Assembly: GCF_046119375.1 (NCBI RefSeq)
Contig: NW_027362767.1
Location: forward strand, 425,754,001-425,818,000
Source: Phyllobates terribilis
Lineage: Eukaryota
DNA: 64,000 bases
Direction of reading: 5' to 3'
The notes under the pieces were generated by a model. The model made no database searches, was not told the DNA's origin, and saw only the letters and a list, made by a program, of their open reading frames with translations. This document shows positions 53,621 through 63,559 of this stretch, in pieces. Every line of letters begins with the position of its first letter. Positions within the stretch are counted from its first letter, which is position 1. The position numbers were made by a program, and so were the translations under genes.

Positions 53621-56057
53621 CTGCTCACAGCATTAACCCCTCCAGCACCTGCTCACAGCATTAACCCCTCCAGCACCTGCTCACAGCATTAACCCCTCCA
53701 GCACCTGCTCACAGCATTAACCCCTCCAGCACCTGCTCACTGCATTAACCCCTCCAGCACCCGCTCACAGCATTAACCCCTCCAGCACCCGCTCACAGCA
53801 TTAACCCCTCCAGCACCTGCTCACAGCATTAACCCCTCCAGCACCTGCTCACAGCATTAACCCCTCCAGCACCTGCTCACAGCATTAACCCCTCCAGCAC
53901 CTGCTCACAGCATTAACCCCTCCAGCACCCGCTCACAGCATTAACCCCTCCAGCACCTGCTCACGGCATTAACCCCTCCAGCACCTGCTGACAGCATTAA
54001 CCCCTCCAGCACCTGACCACAGCATTAACCCCTCCAGCACCTGCTCACGGCATTAACCCCGCCTGCAACTGCTGACAGCATTAACCCCTCCAGCACCTGC
54101 TGACAGCATTAACCCCTCCAGCACCTGCTGACAGCATTAACCCCTCCAGCACCTGCTGACAGCATTAACCCCTCCAGCACCTGCTCACTGCATTAACCCC
54201 TCCAGCACCTGCTCACAGCATTAACCCCTCCAGCACCTGCTCACTGCATTAACCCCTCCAGCACCTGACCACAGCATTAACCCCTCCCACACCTGACCAC
54301 AGCATTAACCCCTCCAGCACCTGCTCACGGCATTAACCCCGCCTGCAACTGCTGACAGCATTAACCCCTCCAGCACCTGCTGACAGCATTAACCCCTCCA
54401 GCACCTGACCACAGCATTAACCCCTCCAGCACCTGCTGACAGCATTAACCCCTCCAGCACCTGATCACAGCATTCACCCCTCCAGCACCTGATCACAGCA
54501 TTAACCCCTCCAGCACCTGATCACAGAATTAACCCCTCCAGCACCTGATCACAGAATTAACCCCTCCAGCACCTGATCACAGCATTAACCCCTCCAGCAC
54601 CTGACCACAGCATTAACCCCTCCAGCACCTGACCACAGCATTAACCCCTCCAGCACCTGCTGACAGCATTAACCCCTCCAGCACCCGACCACAGCATTAA
54701 CCCCTCCAGCACCCGCTCACAGCATTAACCCCTCCAGCACCCGCTCACAGCATTAACCCCTCCAGCACCCGCTCACAGCATTAACCCCTCCAGCACCCGC
54801 TCACAGCATTAACCCTTCCAGCACCCGCTCACAGCATTAACCCCTCCAGCACCCGCTCACAGCATTAACCCCTCCAGCACCCGCTCACAGCATTAACCCC
54901 TCCAGCACCCGCTCACAGCATTAACCCCTCCAGCACCTGCTCACAGCATTAACCCCTCCAGCACCCGCTCACAGCATTAACCCCTCCAGCACCTGACCAC
55001 AGCATTAACCCCTCCCACACCTGACCACAGCATTAACCCCTCCAGCACCTGCTGACAGCATTAACCCCTCCAGCACCTGCTGACAGCATTAACCCCTCCA
55101 GCACCTGCTGACAGCATTAACCCCTCCAGCACCTGCTGACAGCATTAAGCCCTCCAGCACCTGACCACAGCATTAACCCCTCCAGCACCTGACCACAGCA
55201 TTAACCCCTCCAGCACCTGACCACAGCATTAACCCCTCCAGCACCTGACCACAGCATTAACCCCTCCAGCACCTGATCACAGCATTAAGCCCTCCAGCAC
55301 CTGATCACAGCATTAACCCCTCCAGCACCTGATCACAACATTAACCCCTCCAGCACCTGATCACAGAATTAACCCCTCCAGCACCTGATCACAGAATTAA
55401 CCCCTCCAGCACCTGATCACAGCATTAACCCCTCCAGCACCTGCTGACAGCATTAACCCCTCCAGCACCTGCTGACAGCATTAACCCCTCCAGCACCTGC
55501 TGACAGCATTAACCCCTCCAGCACCTGATCACAGCATTAAGCCCTCCAGCACCTGATCACAGCATTAAGCCCTCCAGCACCTGATCACAGCATTAACCCC
55601 TCCAGCACCTGATCACAACATTAACCCCTCCAGCACCTGATCACAGAATTAACCCCTCCAGCACCTGATCACAGCATTAACCCCTCCAGCACCTGATCAC
55701 AGCATTAACCCCTCCAGCACCTGCTCACTGCATTAACCCCTCCAGCACCTGACCACAGCATTAACCCCTCCAGCACCCGCTCACAGCATTAACCCCTCCA
55801 GCACCCGCTCACAGCATTAACCCCTCCAGCACCTGATCACAGCATTAACCCCTCCAGCACCTGATCACAGCATTAACCCCTCCAGCACCTGCTGACAGCA
55901 TTAACCCCTCCAGCACCTGATCACAGCATTAACCCCTCCAGCACCTGATCACAGCATTAACCCCTCCAGCACCTGATCACCGCATTAACCCCTCCAGCAC
56001 CTGATCACCGCATTAACCCCGCCTGCACCTGATCACAGCATTAACCCCTCCCGCACC
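53621..56057. repeat. 28-bp satellite (cagcattaacccctccagcacctgctca), ~87 copies
   Basis: Directly visible; fades into degenerate attaacccttcc units to ~56500. Confidence 0.97.
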
Positions 56058-57971
56058 TCAGACCTGCAATTCACTTCATTAACCCTTCCTCCATCCCAGA
56101 AATGCATACATTAACCCCTCTTGCACCACAGACGTGTAGCTTCAGGGCGTTAACCCTTCTAGCAGCACAGGTTCTCAGTCTTTGAACATTAACCCTTCCT
56201 GCACCCCAGATCTATACAGTAGTTGCAGCTGCTCCACCTCCCCAATAACCCTTTATACTCCCTGCAGTTTTGTTGCGGTCCCTTTTTTCAGAGTCCGGGG
56301 TCTTGTTAACCCTTTCGCCCCTTGCTCAGATCTCCTCCGATCCTCCATCCTGTGAGTGAGAGCTCGCAGTATAATGCGAGGGCTGCAGCCATAGACAAAG
56401 GTCGGTGCCTGGAGCTATCAATCAAAGGTCATCTCTAATAATCACATGTCCTCCCACTGTCAACGGGAAGTTATGGAGGGAGCGACCCATTAACCCTTTA
56501 TTAACCCTGGGGAGAGACATTATTAGCTCTGACTATATATACTTTTATTTAGTTTTCAGTCGGTAGACTTATATCAAGTCTTGTTTTTTGCGGTACAAGT
56601 TGTACTTTTTATCATCACCATGTTAGAGTTTATACGACTTTCTGATCTTTTTTTGGGAGGCAAAGTGACAAAAAAAACAGCAATTCTGCCATTCTGAATG
56701 TTTTACATTTTGACATTCGCCGCCGTATAGAATTAATATACTTTATTAGTTTGGACAGTTGTGCATGCGGCGATTCCAAATATATATATATATATATATA
56801 CAGTACAGACCAAAAGTTTGGACACACCTTCTCATTTAAAGATTTTTCTGTATTTTCATGACTATGAAAATTGTTCATTCACACTGAAGGCATCAAAACT
56901 ATGAATTAACACATGTGGAATTATATACTTAACAAAAAAGTGTGAAACAACTGAAAATATGTCTTATATTCTAGGTTCTTCAAAGTAGCCACCTTTTGCT
57001 TTGATGACTGCTTTGCACACTCTTGGCATTCTCTTGATGAGCTTCTAGAGGTAGTCACCGGAAATGGTCTTCCAACAATCTTGAAGGAGTTCCCAGAGAT
57101 GCTTAGCACTTGTTGGCCCTTTTGCCTTCACTCTGCGGTCCAGCTCACCCCAAACCATCTCGATTGGGTTCAGGTCTGGTGACTGTGGAGGCCAGGTCAT
57201 CTGGCGTAGCACCCCATCACTCTCCTTCTTGATCAAATAGCCCTTACACAGCCTGGAGGTGTGTTTGGGGTCAATGTCCTGTTGAAAAATAAATGATGGT
57301 CCAACTAAACGCAAACCGGATGGAATAGCATGCCGCTGCAAGATGCTGTGGTAGCCATGCTGGTTCAGTATGCCTTCAATTTTGAATAAATCCCCAACAG
57401 TGTCACCAGCAAAGCACCCCCACACCATCACACCTCCTCCTCCATGCTTCACGGTGGGAACGAGGCATGTAGAGTCCATCCGTTCACCTTTTATGCGTCA
57501 CACAAAGACACGGTGGTTGGAACCAAAGATCTCAAATTTGGACTCATCAGACCAAAGCACAGATTTCCACTGGTCTAATGTCCATTCCTTGTGTTCTTTA
57601 GCCCAAACAAGTCTCTTCTGCTTGTTGCCTGTCCTTAGCAGTGGTTTCCTAGCAGCTATTTTACCATGAAGGCCTGCTGCACAAAGTCTCCTCTTAACAG
57701 TTGTTGAAGAGATGTGTCTGCTGCTAGAACTCTGTGTGGCATTGACCTGGTCTCTAATCTGAGCTGCTGTTAACCTGCAATTTCTGAGGCTGGTGACTCG
57801 GATAAACTTATCCTCAGAAGCAGAGGTGACTCTTGGTCTTCCTTTCCTGGGGCGGTCCTCATGTGAGCCAGTTTCTTTGTAGCGCTTGATGGTTTTTGCA
57901 ACTGCACTTGGGGACACTTTCAAAGTTTTCCCAATTTTTCGCACTGACTGACCTTCATTTCTTAAAGTAAT

Positions 57972-59770
57972 TGTTATGCACACGCCCGGGCTGAGCGGCG
58001 TGTGCGTGTGATTGTAGTGATTCCACTGGACCATGAACCGGAGAGTGCCTGGAGGGGCGTGACTAAGTATCTGGCCGATCCGACCAAGATGGCACGACGG
58101 CATACGACGCCAGTGCACCAGGGAGAAACCGGGCAGAGGGACCAGGTGCTACTCCAGGTCAAACTCCGGACACGGGGGTTGACCCACACAGGGATTACTG
58201 GATCAGGCTGGTTAGGCTGGCGCACAGACTGGAGGGTATAGGCAGGCACGACTGGTATGCAGGCAGGCGGGTAAAGGCAAGCGCAGCTAGAGTGCAGACA
58301 GGGAGGCACTAGCAGGTAGGAACACAGGCGGGATAGGACCCAGTACACACTGGGACTCAGGAACAATACAGGTAGAGGGGTACAGGCAAGCACAGCTAGA
58401 GTGCAGACAGGGAGGCACTAGCAGGTAGGAACACAGGCAGGATAGGACCCAGTACACACTGGGACTCAGGAACAGGCAGGTTAGGCTGGCACAGACTGGT
58501 GGATATAAGCAAACACGGCAGGTATGCAGATGGGTGGATACAGGCGAGTAAGCAGGCAGGGAGGTACTGGCCGAAAGGACGGGCTGGAGCACAGAAAGGT
58601 TAAGACCCAGTACAGACTGGGTCACAGAACCGCAGATGCGGTAGACAACCACAGCAGAGAGGGAACGCCCGAAGCGGTGGGCAAGAACAGAGCAGGACGG
58701 GGCTGCAGGAGCAGCGAGCACAAGCAGGGCAGGACAGGACTGCCGGAGCAGCGGGCAGAAGCAGGGCAGGACAGGACTGCCGGAGCAGCGGGCAGAAGCA
58801 GGGCAGGACAGGACTGCCGGAGCAGCGGGCAGAAGCAGGGCAGGACAGGACTGCCGGAGCAGCGGGCAGAAGCAGGGCAGGACAGGACTGCCGGAGCAGC
58901 GGGCAGAAGCAGGGCAGGACAGGACTGCCGGAGCAGCGGGCAGAAGCAGGGCAGGACAGGACTGCCGGAGCAGCGGGCAGAGGAGTCAGAGCAGGCTAGG
59001 CTGAGTAGGGGGGACAGGGCTCAGTTCACACGGAACAGACAGGAAGGGAAAGGCAGAGCCAGACACCCACAGGGTACTTGCAGTGAAGTAGCGAGTGGAC
59101 CACAAACTCACAAACGGGAGTACAGAGACAACAAGCAGGAGTTAGGTACGAGTTCAGACTCTGCAGAAAAAGGAAGGGAACGGACATAGAGGAAAAACAG
59201 GTAAAGGATAGGAGAGAGTTCAGACTGGAACTGAGTGTACGGAGGAGACCGACACTGCAGCGGGATACAGGAGCGGGTCTGGGAATACGGCCCCCAGAGA
59301 GGCAGGAGGAACAGGCTAGGAGCGTGTTCAGACAGGTCAGACAAGATACAGGAACAGGTCTAGGTAATCGGCCCCTAGAAGGCAGGAGGAACAGGCTAGG
59401 AGCGTGTTCAGACAGGCCTGGAAATACAGCCTCCAGGATAGGCAGACAAGAGAACACAGAACAGGACCTGGCACCTTCAGAGTGCAAGCACACACTGAAA
59501 GAAACACTATGCTCAGGCAGGGATAGAAGGGAGCTGCTGAGCTATATACCAAGTGACAGACAGCAATAGGCTGAGGACGCACAAGGGGTGTGACCCACAG
59601 CAGGTACAAAAGGCAGGAAGTGATCGGGCGCCGCCCTTAAGCAGCAGAAACAGACACAAACAGACAGCATGGAGGGAAGCCAGAGAGACATTCTGGACAG
59701 GAGATCAAGTGCGCCCTCTTGCACAGTGGGAGATGGACCACCATGCAAGGACGCCGCCAGGTATGTTACA
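57972..59770 (-). repeat. 3' LTR (1799 bp; contains 7 x 37-bp repeat at 58722-58980)
   Basis: Direct repeat of 61761-63559 (offset 3789). Confidence 0.95.
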
Positions 59771-61617
59771 GTACCTCCCCCCTTACGCCCCCTCTTCTTC
59801 AGGCCTGCCAGAATCTTCCGCAGGGAATTCGAGGGCCAGTCGTTCACTGGGTTGGAGGGGGACAGAGACTTAAGGGTAATCTCTGCTTCGAGGTACATCT
59901 TGTCAAGCTCACAGGAAGAAATAGACGGGTTATCACGTACATAATGAGGAAAAGTCACTGTCTCTTTGTTATCTGGTGGTATCCCGGAGGATTCAGGAAA
60001 CAACTGGAGGTCCTCCGCCGGGTCAGAAGAGTGCAGAGGCTCAGAGAAAACAACTGCTTCAGAGTACACTAGGTCGGACTCACTGGAGGAAGCAGGCGAG
60101 GTATCGGGTACCGAGTATAGGAAAGTCTCTGTCCATTCACCACCAGGTGGCACCCCGAAGGGTTCTGGAGACAGCTGGCGGTCCTCCGCCTGGTCAGAGG
60201 GGTGTAGAGACTCACGGGTAACCTCTGCTTCAGAGTACACTAGGTCGGACTCACTGGAGGAAGCAGGCGAGGTATCGGGTACCGAGTATAGGAAAGTCTC
60301 TGTCCATTCACCACCAGGTGGCACCCCGAAGGGTTCTGGAGACAGCTGGCGGTCCTCCGCCTGGTCAGAGGGGTGTAGAGACTCACGGGTAACCTCTGCT
60401 TCAGAGTACACTAGGTCGGACTCACTGGACGAAGCAAGCGAGGTATCAGATCCAGGATATAGGAAAGTCTCTGTCCATTCACCACCAGGTGGCACCCCGA
60501 AGGATTCTGAACACAACTGGAGGTCCTCCGCCTGGTCGGAGGGGTGTAGAGACTCAGGAGTAACCTCTGCTTCGGAGTACACTAAGTTGGACTCACTGGA
60601 CGAAGCGAGCGAGGTATCAGGTACAGAGTATAGGAGAGTCTCTGTCCTTTCGCTACCAGGTAGCACCCCGAAGGGTTCAGGAGACAACTGGAGATCCTCC
60701 GCCTGGTCGGAGGGGTGTAGAGACTCGGAGGTAACTACCACTTTGGGGTACCCATTGTCAGGCTCACAGGACGAAGCGGACAAAGTATTGAGTACCGGGT
60801 GTAGAGAAGTCTCTCTCCATTTGTCATCGAGTGGTATCCCGGAGGGTTCAGGAGGCAACAGGGGATCCTCCGCCAGGTAGTAGAGGTGCACAGACTCTGA
60901 GGTAACCACAGCTTTGGAGCATCCTTGGACATGCACACCGGTAAAAGAGAAAGAAGCATCTGATGCCGGGTGCAGGAAGTTCTCCTGTGTGGAGTCTGGA
61001 TGGGCAGAAGTCTCTTCGGCCAGGAGAACTGGTGCACTACCCACGCACATTACCCATTGGGGTTTCTCCGGGATACAGGGAGATGAAGCTTCAGTAGGGA
61101 CTTCAAGGTTGGGGTCAGGAGGTCTCAGGGAGGACAGACCCTGGCGTGACGGCTTGCCTCTACGTCTAGCACGTCTGGACTGCCTCTTGAGGTTGAGAGA
61201 AGTATTCCGGAAAGCGTAGTCACCCTGTGAGGATTCTGGGTGGGCAGTAGTCTCATTGGGCTGGAGGACTATTGCGCTACCCACACACATTACCCGTCGG
61301 GGCTGCTCCGGGATATTGGGAAGTGAAGCTTCAGCAGGGGCTTCAGAGTTAGGGTCCTCGAAGACCATACGAAAGGCCACCAGGAAGGCCTGCAGGTCAA
61401 GGATGACAGGATCCCATGCTTCCCATAGGGGGGTGACCCATTTCAAGGCATCACCCGCTAGGTAGTCAATCATAAAGGCCACTTTAGCCCAATCGGAAGG
61501 AAAATAGAGAGGGTAGGCCTTAAAGTGTAGCATGCATTGCTCCACAAATGCACGACACTGTCTTGGATCCCCATAGTAACGTGGCGGATCCGCAGGAACG
61601 AGGGCTGATAGATCCAT
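59542..61617 (-). CDS. Gag-like N-terminal domain (sushi/RTL/LDOC1-type) fused to 57-aa acidic Ser/Pro-rich tandem repeats, 691 aa
   Basis: PPRYYGDPRQCRAFVEQC..FPSDWAKVAFMIDYLAGDALKW..LQAFLVAFRMVFEDP resembles retrotransposon Gag N-terminal domains. The ORF is uninterrupted, with a 171-nt periodic interior. Confidence 0.8.
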   Translation of the reverse strand: MDLSALVPADPPRYYGDPRQCRAFVEQCMLHFKAYPLYFPSDWAKVAFMIDYLAGDALKWVTPLWEAWDPVILDLQAFLVAFRMVFEDPNSEAPAEASLPNIPEQPRRVMCVGSAIVLQPNETTAHPESSQGDYAFRNTSLNLKRQSRRARRRGKPSRQGLSSLRPPDPNLEVPTEASSPCIPEKPQWVMCVGSAPVLLAEETSAHPDSTQENFLHPASDASFSFTGVHVQGCSKAVVTSESVHLYYLAEDPLLPPEPSGIPLDDKWRETSLHPVLNTLSASSCEPDNGYPKVVVTSESLHPSDQAEDLQLSPEPFGVLPGSERTETLLYSVPDTSLASSSESNLVYSEAEVTPESLHPSDQAEDLQLCSESFGVPPGGEWTETFLYPGSDTSLASSSESDLVYSEAEVTRESLHPSDQAEDRQLSPEPFGVPPGGEWTETFLYSVPDTSPASSSESDLVYSEAEVTRESLHPSDQAEDRQLSPEPFGVPPGGEWTETFLYSVPDTSPASSSESDLVYSEAVVFSEPLHSSDPAEDLQLFPESSGIPPDNKETVTFPHYVRDNPSISSCELDKMYLEAEITLKSLSPSNPVNDWPSNSLRKILAGLKKRGRKGGGTVTYLAASLHGGPSPTVQEGALDLLSRMSLWLPSMLSVCVCFCCLRAAPDHFLPFVPAVGHTPCASSAYCCLSLGI
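59771..59800 (-). promoter_or_regulatory. Polypurine tract of the LTR element
   Basis: GAAGAAGAGGGGGCGTAAGGGGGGAGGTAC immediately before the 3' LTR TG. Confidence 0.85.
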
Positions 61618-61748
61618 CTGGACGGGTGCGTAATTCGCCTGGAACTAGCTAAAGGGGGAAAAAAAATTTATTTATTTTATTTTAATGCATGTATTCGCTG
61701 GAAAAACTTCTCAAAGAGCGAAGGCCGTGGGGCTCAACGGGAACCATG

Positions 61749-61760
61749 GCCTGAGCATGC
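61749..61760 (-). promoter_or_regulatory. Primer-binding-site position: GC-ATGCTCAGGC, complementary to the predicted transcript 5' end (self-priming type)
   Basis: No TGG tRNA-CCA complement at the LTR junction. 10/10 reverse-complement match to GCCTGAGCAT at 63307-63298. Confidence 0.7.
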
Positions 61761-63559
61761 TGTTATGCACACGCCCGGGCTGAGCGGCGTGTGCGTGTGA
61801 TTGTAGTAATTCCACTGGACCATGAACCGGAGAGTGCCTGGAGGGGCGTGACTAAGTATCTGGCCGATCCGACCAAGATGGCACGACGGCATACGACGCC
61901 AGTGCACCAGGGAGAAACCGGGCAGAGGGACCAGGTGCTACTCCAGGTCAAACTCCGGACACGGGGGTTGACCCACACAGGGATTACTGGATCAGGCTGG
62001 TTAGGCTGGCGCACAGACTGGAGGGTATAGGCAGGCACGACTGGTATGCAGGCAGGCGGGTAAAGGCAAGCGCAGCTAGAGTGCAGACAGGGAGGCACTA
62101 GCAGGTAGGAACACAGGCGGGATAGGACCCAGTACACACTGGGACTCAGGAACAATACAGGTAGAGGGGTACAGGCAAGCACAGCTAGAGTGCAGACAGG
62201 GAGGCACTAGCAGGTAGGAACACAGGCAGGATAGGACCCAGTACACACTGGGACTCAGGAACAGGCAGGTTAGGCTGGCACAGACTGGTGGATATAAGCA
62301 AACACGGCAGGTATGCAGATGGGTGGATATAGGCGAGTAAGCAGGCAGGGAGGTACTGGCCGAAAGGACGGGCTGGAGCACAGAAAGGTTAAGACCCAGT
62401 ACAGACTGGGTCACAGAACCGCAGATGCGGTAGACAACCACAGCAGAGAGGGAACGCCCGAAGCGGTGGGCAAGAACAGAGCAGGACGGGGCTGCAGGAG
62501 CAGCGAGCACAAGCAGGGCAGGACAGGACTGCCGGAGCAGCGGGCAGAAGCAGGGCAGGACAGGACTGCCGGAGCAGCGGGCAGAAGCAGGGCAGGACAG
62601 GACTGCCGGAGCAGCGGGCAGAAGCAGGGCAGGACAGGACTGCCGGAGCAGCGGGCAGAAGCAGGGCAGGACAGGACTGCCGGAGCAGCGGGCAGAAGCA
62701 GGGCAGGACAGGACTGCCGGAGCAGCGGGCAGAAGCAGGGCAGGACAGGACTGCCGGAGCAGCGGGCAGAGGAGTCAGAGCAGGCTAGGCTGAGTAGGGG
62801 GGACAGGGCTCAGTTCACACGGAACAGACAGGAAGGGAAAGGCAGAGCCAGACACCCACAGGGTACTTGCAGTGAAGTAGCGAGTGGACCACAAACTCAC
62901 AAACGGGAGTACAGAGACAACAAGCAGGAGTTAGGTACGAGTTCAGACTCTGCAGAAAAAGGAAGGGAACGGACATAGAGGAAAAACAGGTAAAGGATAG
63001 GAGAGAGTTCAGACTGGAACTGAGTGTACGGAGGAGACCGACACTGCAGCGGGATACAGGAGCGGGTCTGGGAATACGGCCCCCAGAGAGGCAGGAGGAA
63101 CAGGCTAGGAGCGTGTTCAGACAGGTCAGACAAGATACAGGAACAGGTCTAGGTAATCGGCCCCTAGAAGGCAGGAGGAACAGGCTAGGAGCGTGTTCAG
63201 ACAGGCCTGGAAATACAGCCTCCAGGATAGGCAGACAAGAGAACACAGAACAGGACCTGGCACCTTCAGAGTGCAAGCACACACTGAAAGAAACACTATG
63301 CTCAGGCAGGGATAGAAGGGAGCTGCTGAGCTATATACCAAGTGACAGACAGCAATAGGCTGAGGACGCACAAGGGGTGTGACCCACAGCAGGTACAAAA
63401 GGCAGGAAGTGATCGGGCGCCGCCCTTAAGCAGCAGAAACAGACACAAACAGACAGCATGGAGGGAAGCCAGAGAGACATTCTGGACAGGAGATCAAGTG
63501 CGCCCTCTTGCACAGTGGGAGATGGACCACCATGCAAGGACGCCGCCAGGTATGTTACA
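61761..63559 (-). repeat. 5' LTR (1799 bp; minus-strand TATATAG at 63337-63331)
   Basis: Direct repeat of 57972-59770; only two substitutions seen (58019/61808, 58541/62330). Confidence 0.95.

Larger units (their letters stand above)
57972..63559 (-). mobile_element. Young non-autonomous Ty3/gypsy (sushi/Tf1-like) LTR retroelement, 5588 bp, gag-only
   Basis: TG..CA termini, 5-bp TSD GTAAT (57967-57971 and 63560-63564), two 1799-bp LTRs, 1990-bp interior with no PR/RT/RH/IN. Confidence 0.93.

Noticed and set aside
45425-56057. Regular arrays (86, 36 and 28 bp) as CRISPR-like loci
   Set aside because: Head-to-tail units with no unique spacers, no cas genes, and a eukaryotic intron context.
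57974-59609. Multiple 80-220-aa ORFs inside the LTRs
   Set aside because: Low-complexity GA/CT-rich repeats duplicated with the LTR, overlapping on both strands, with no domain signal.
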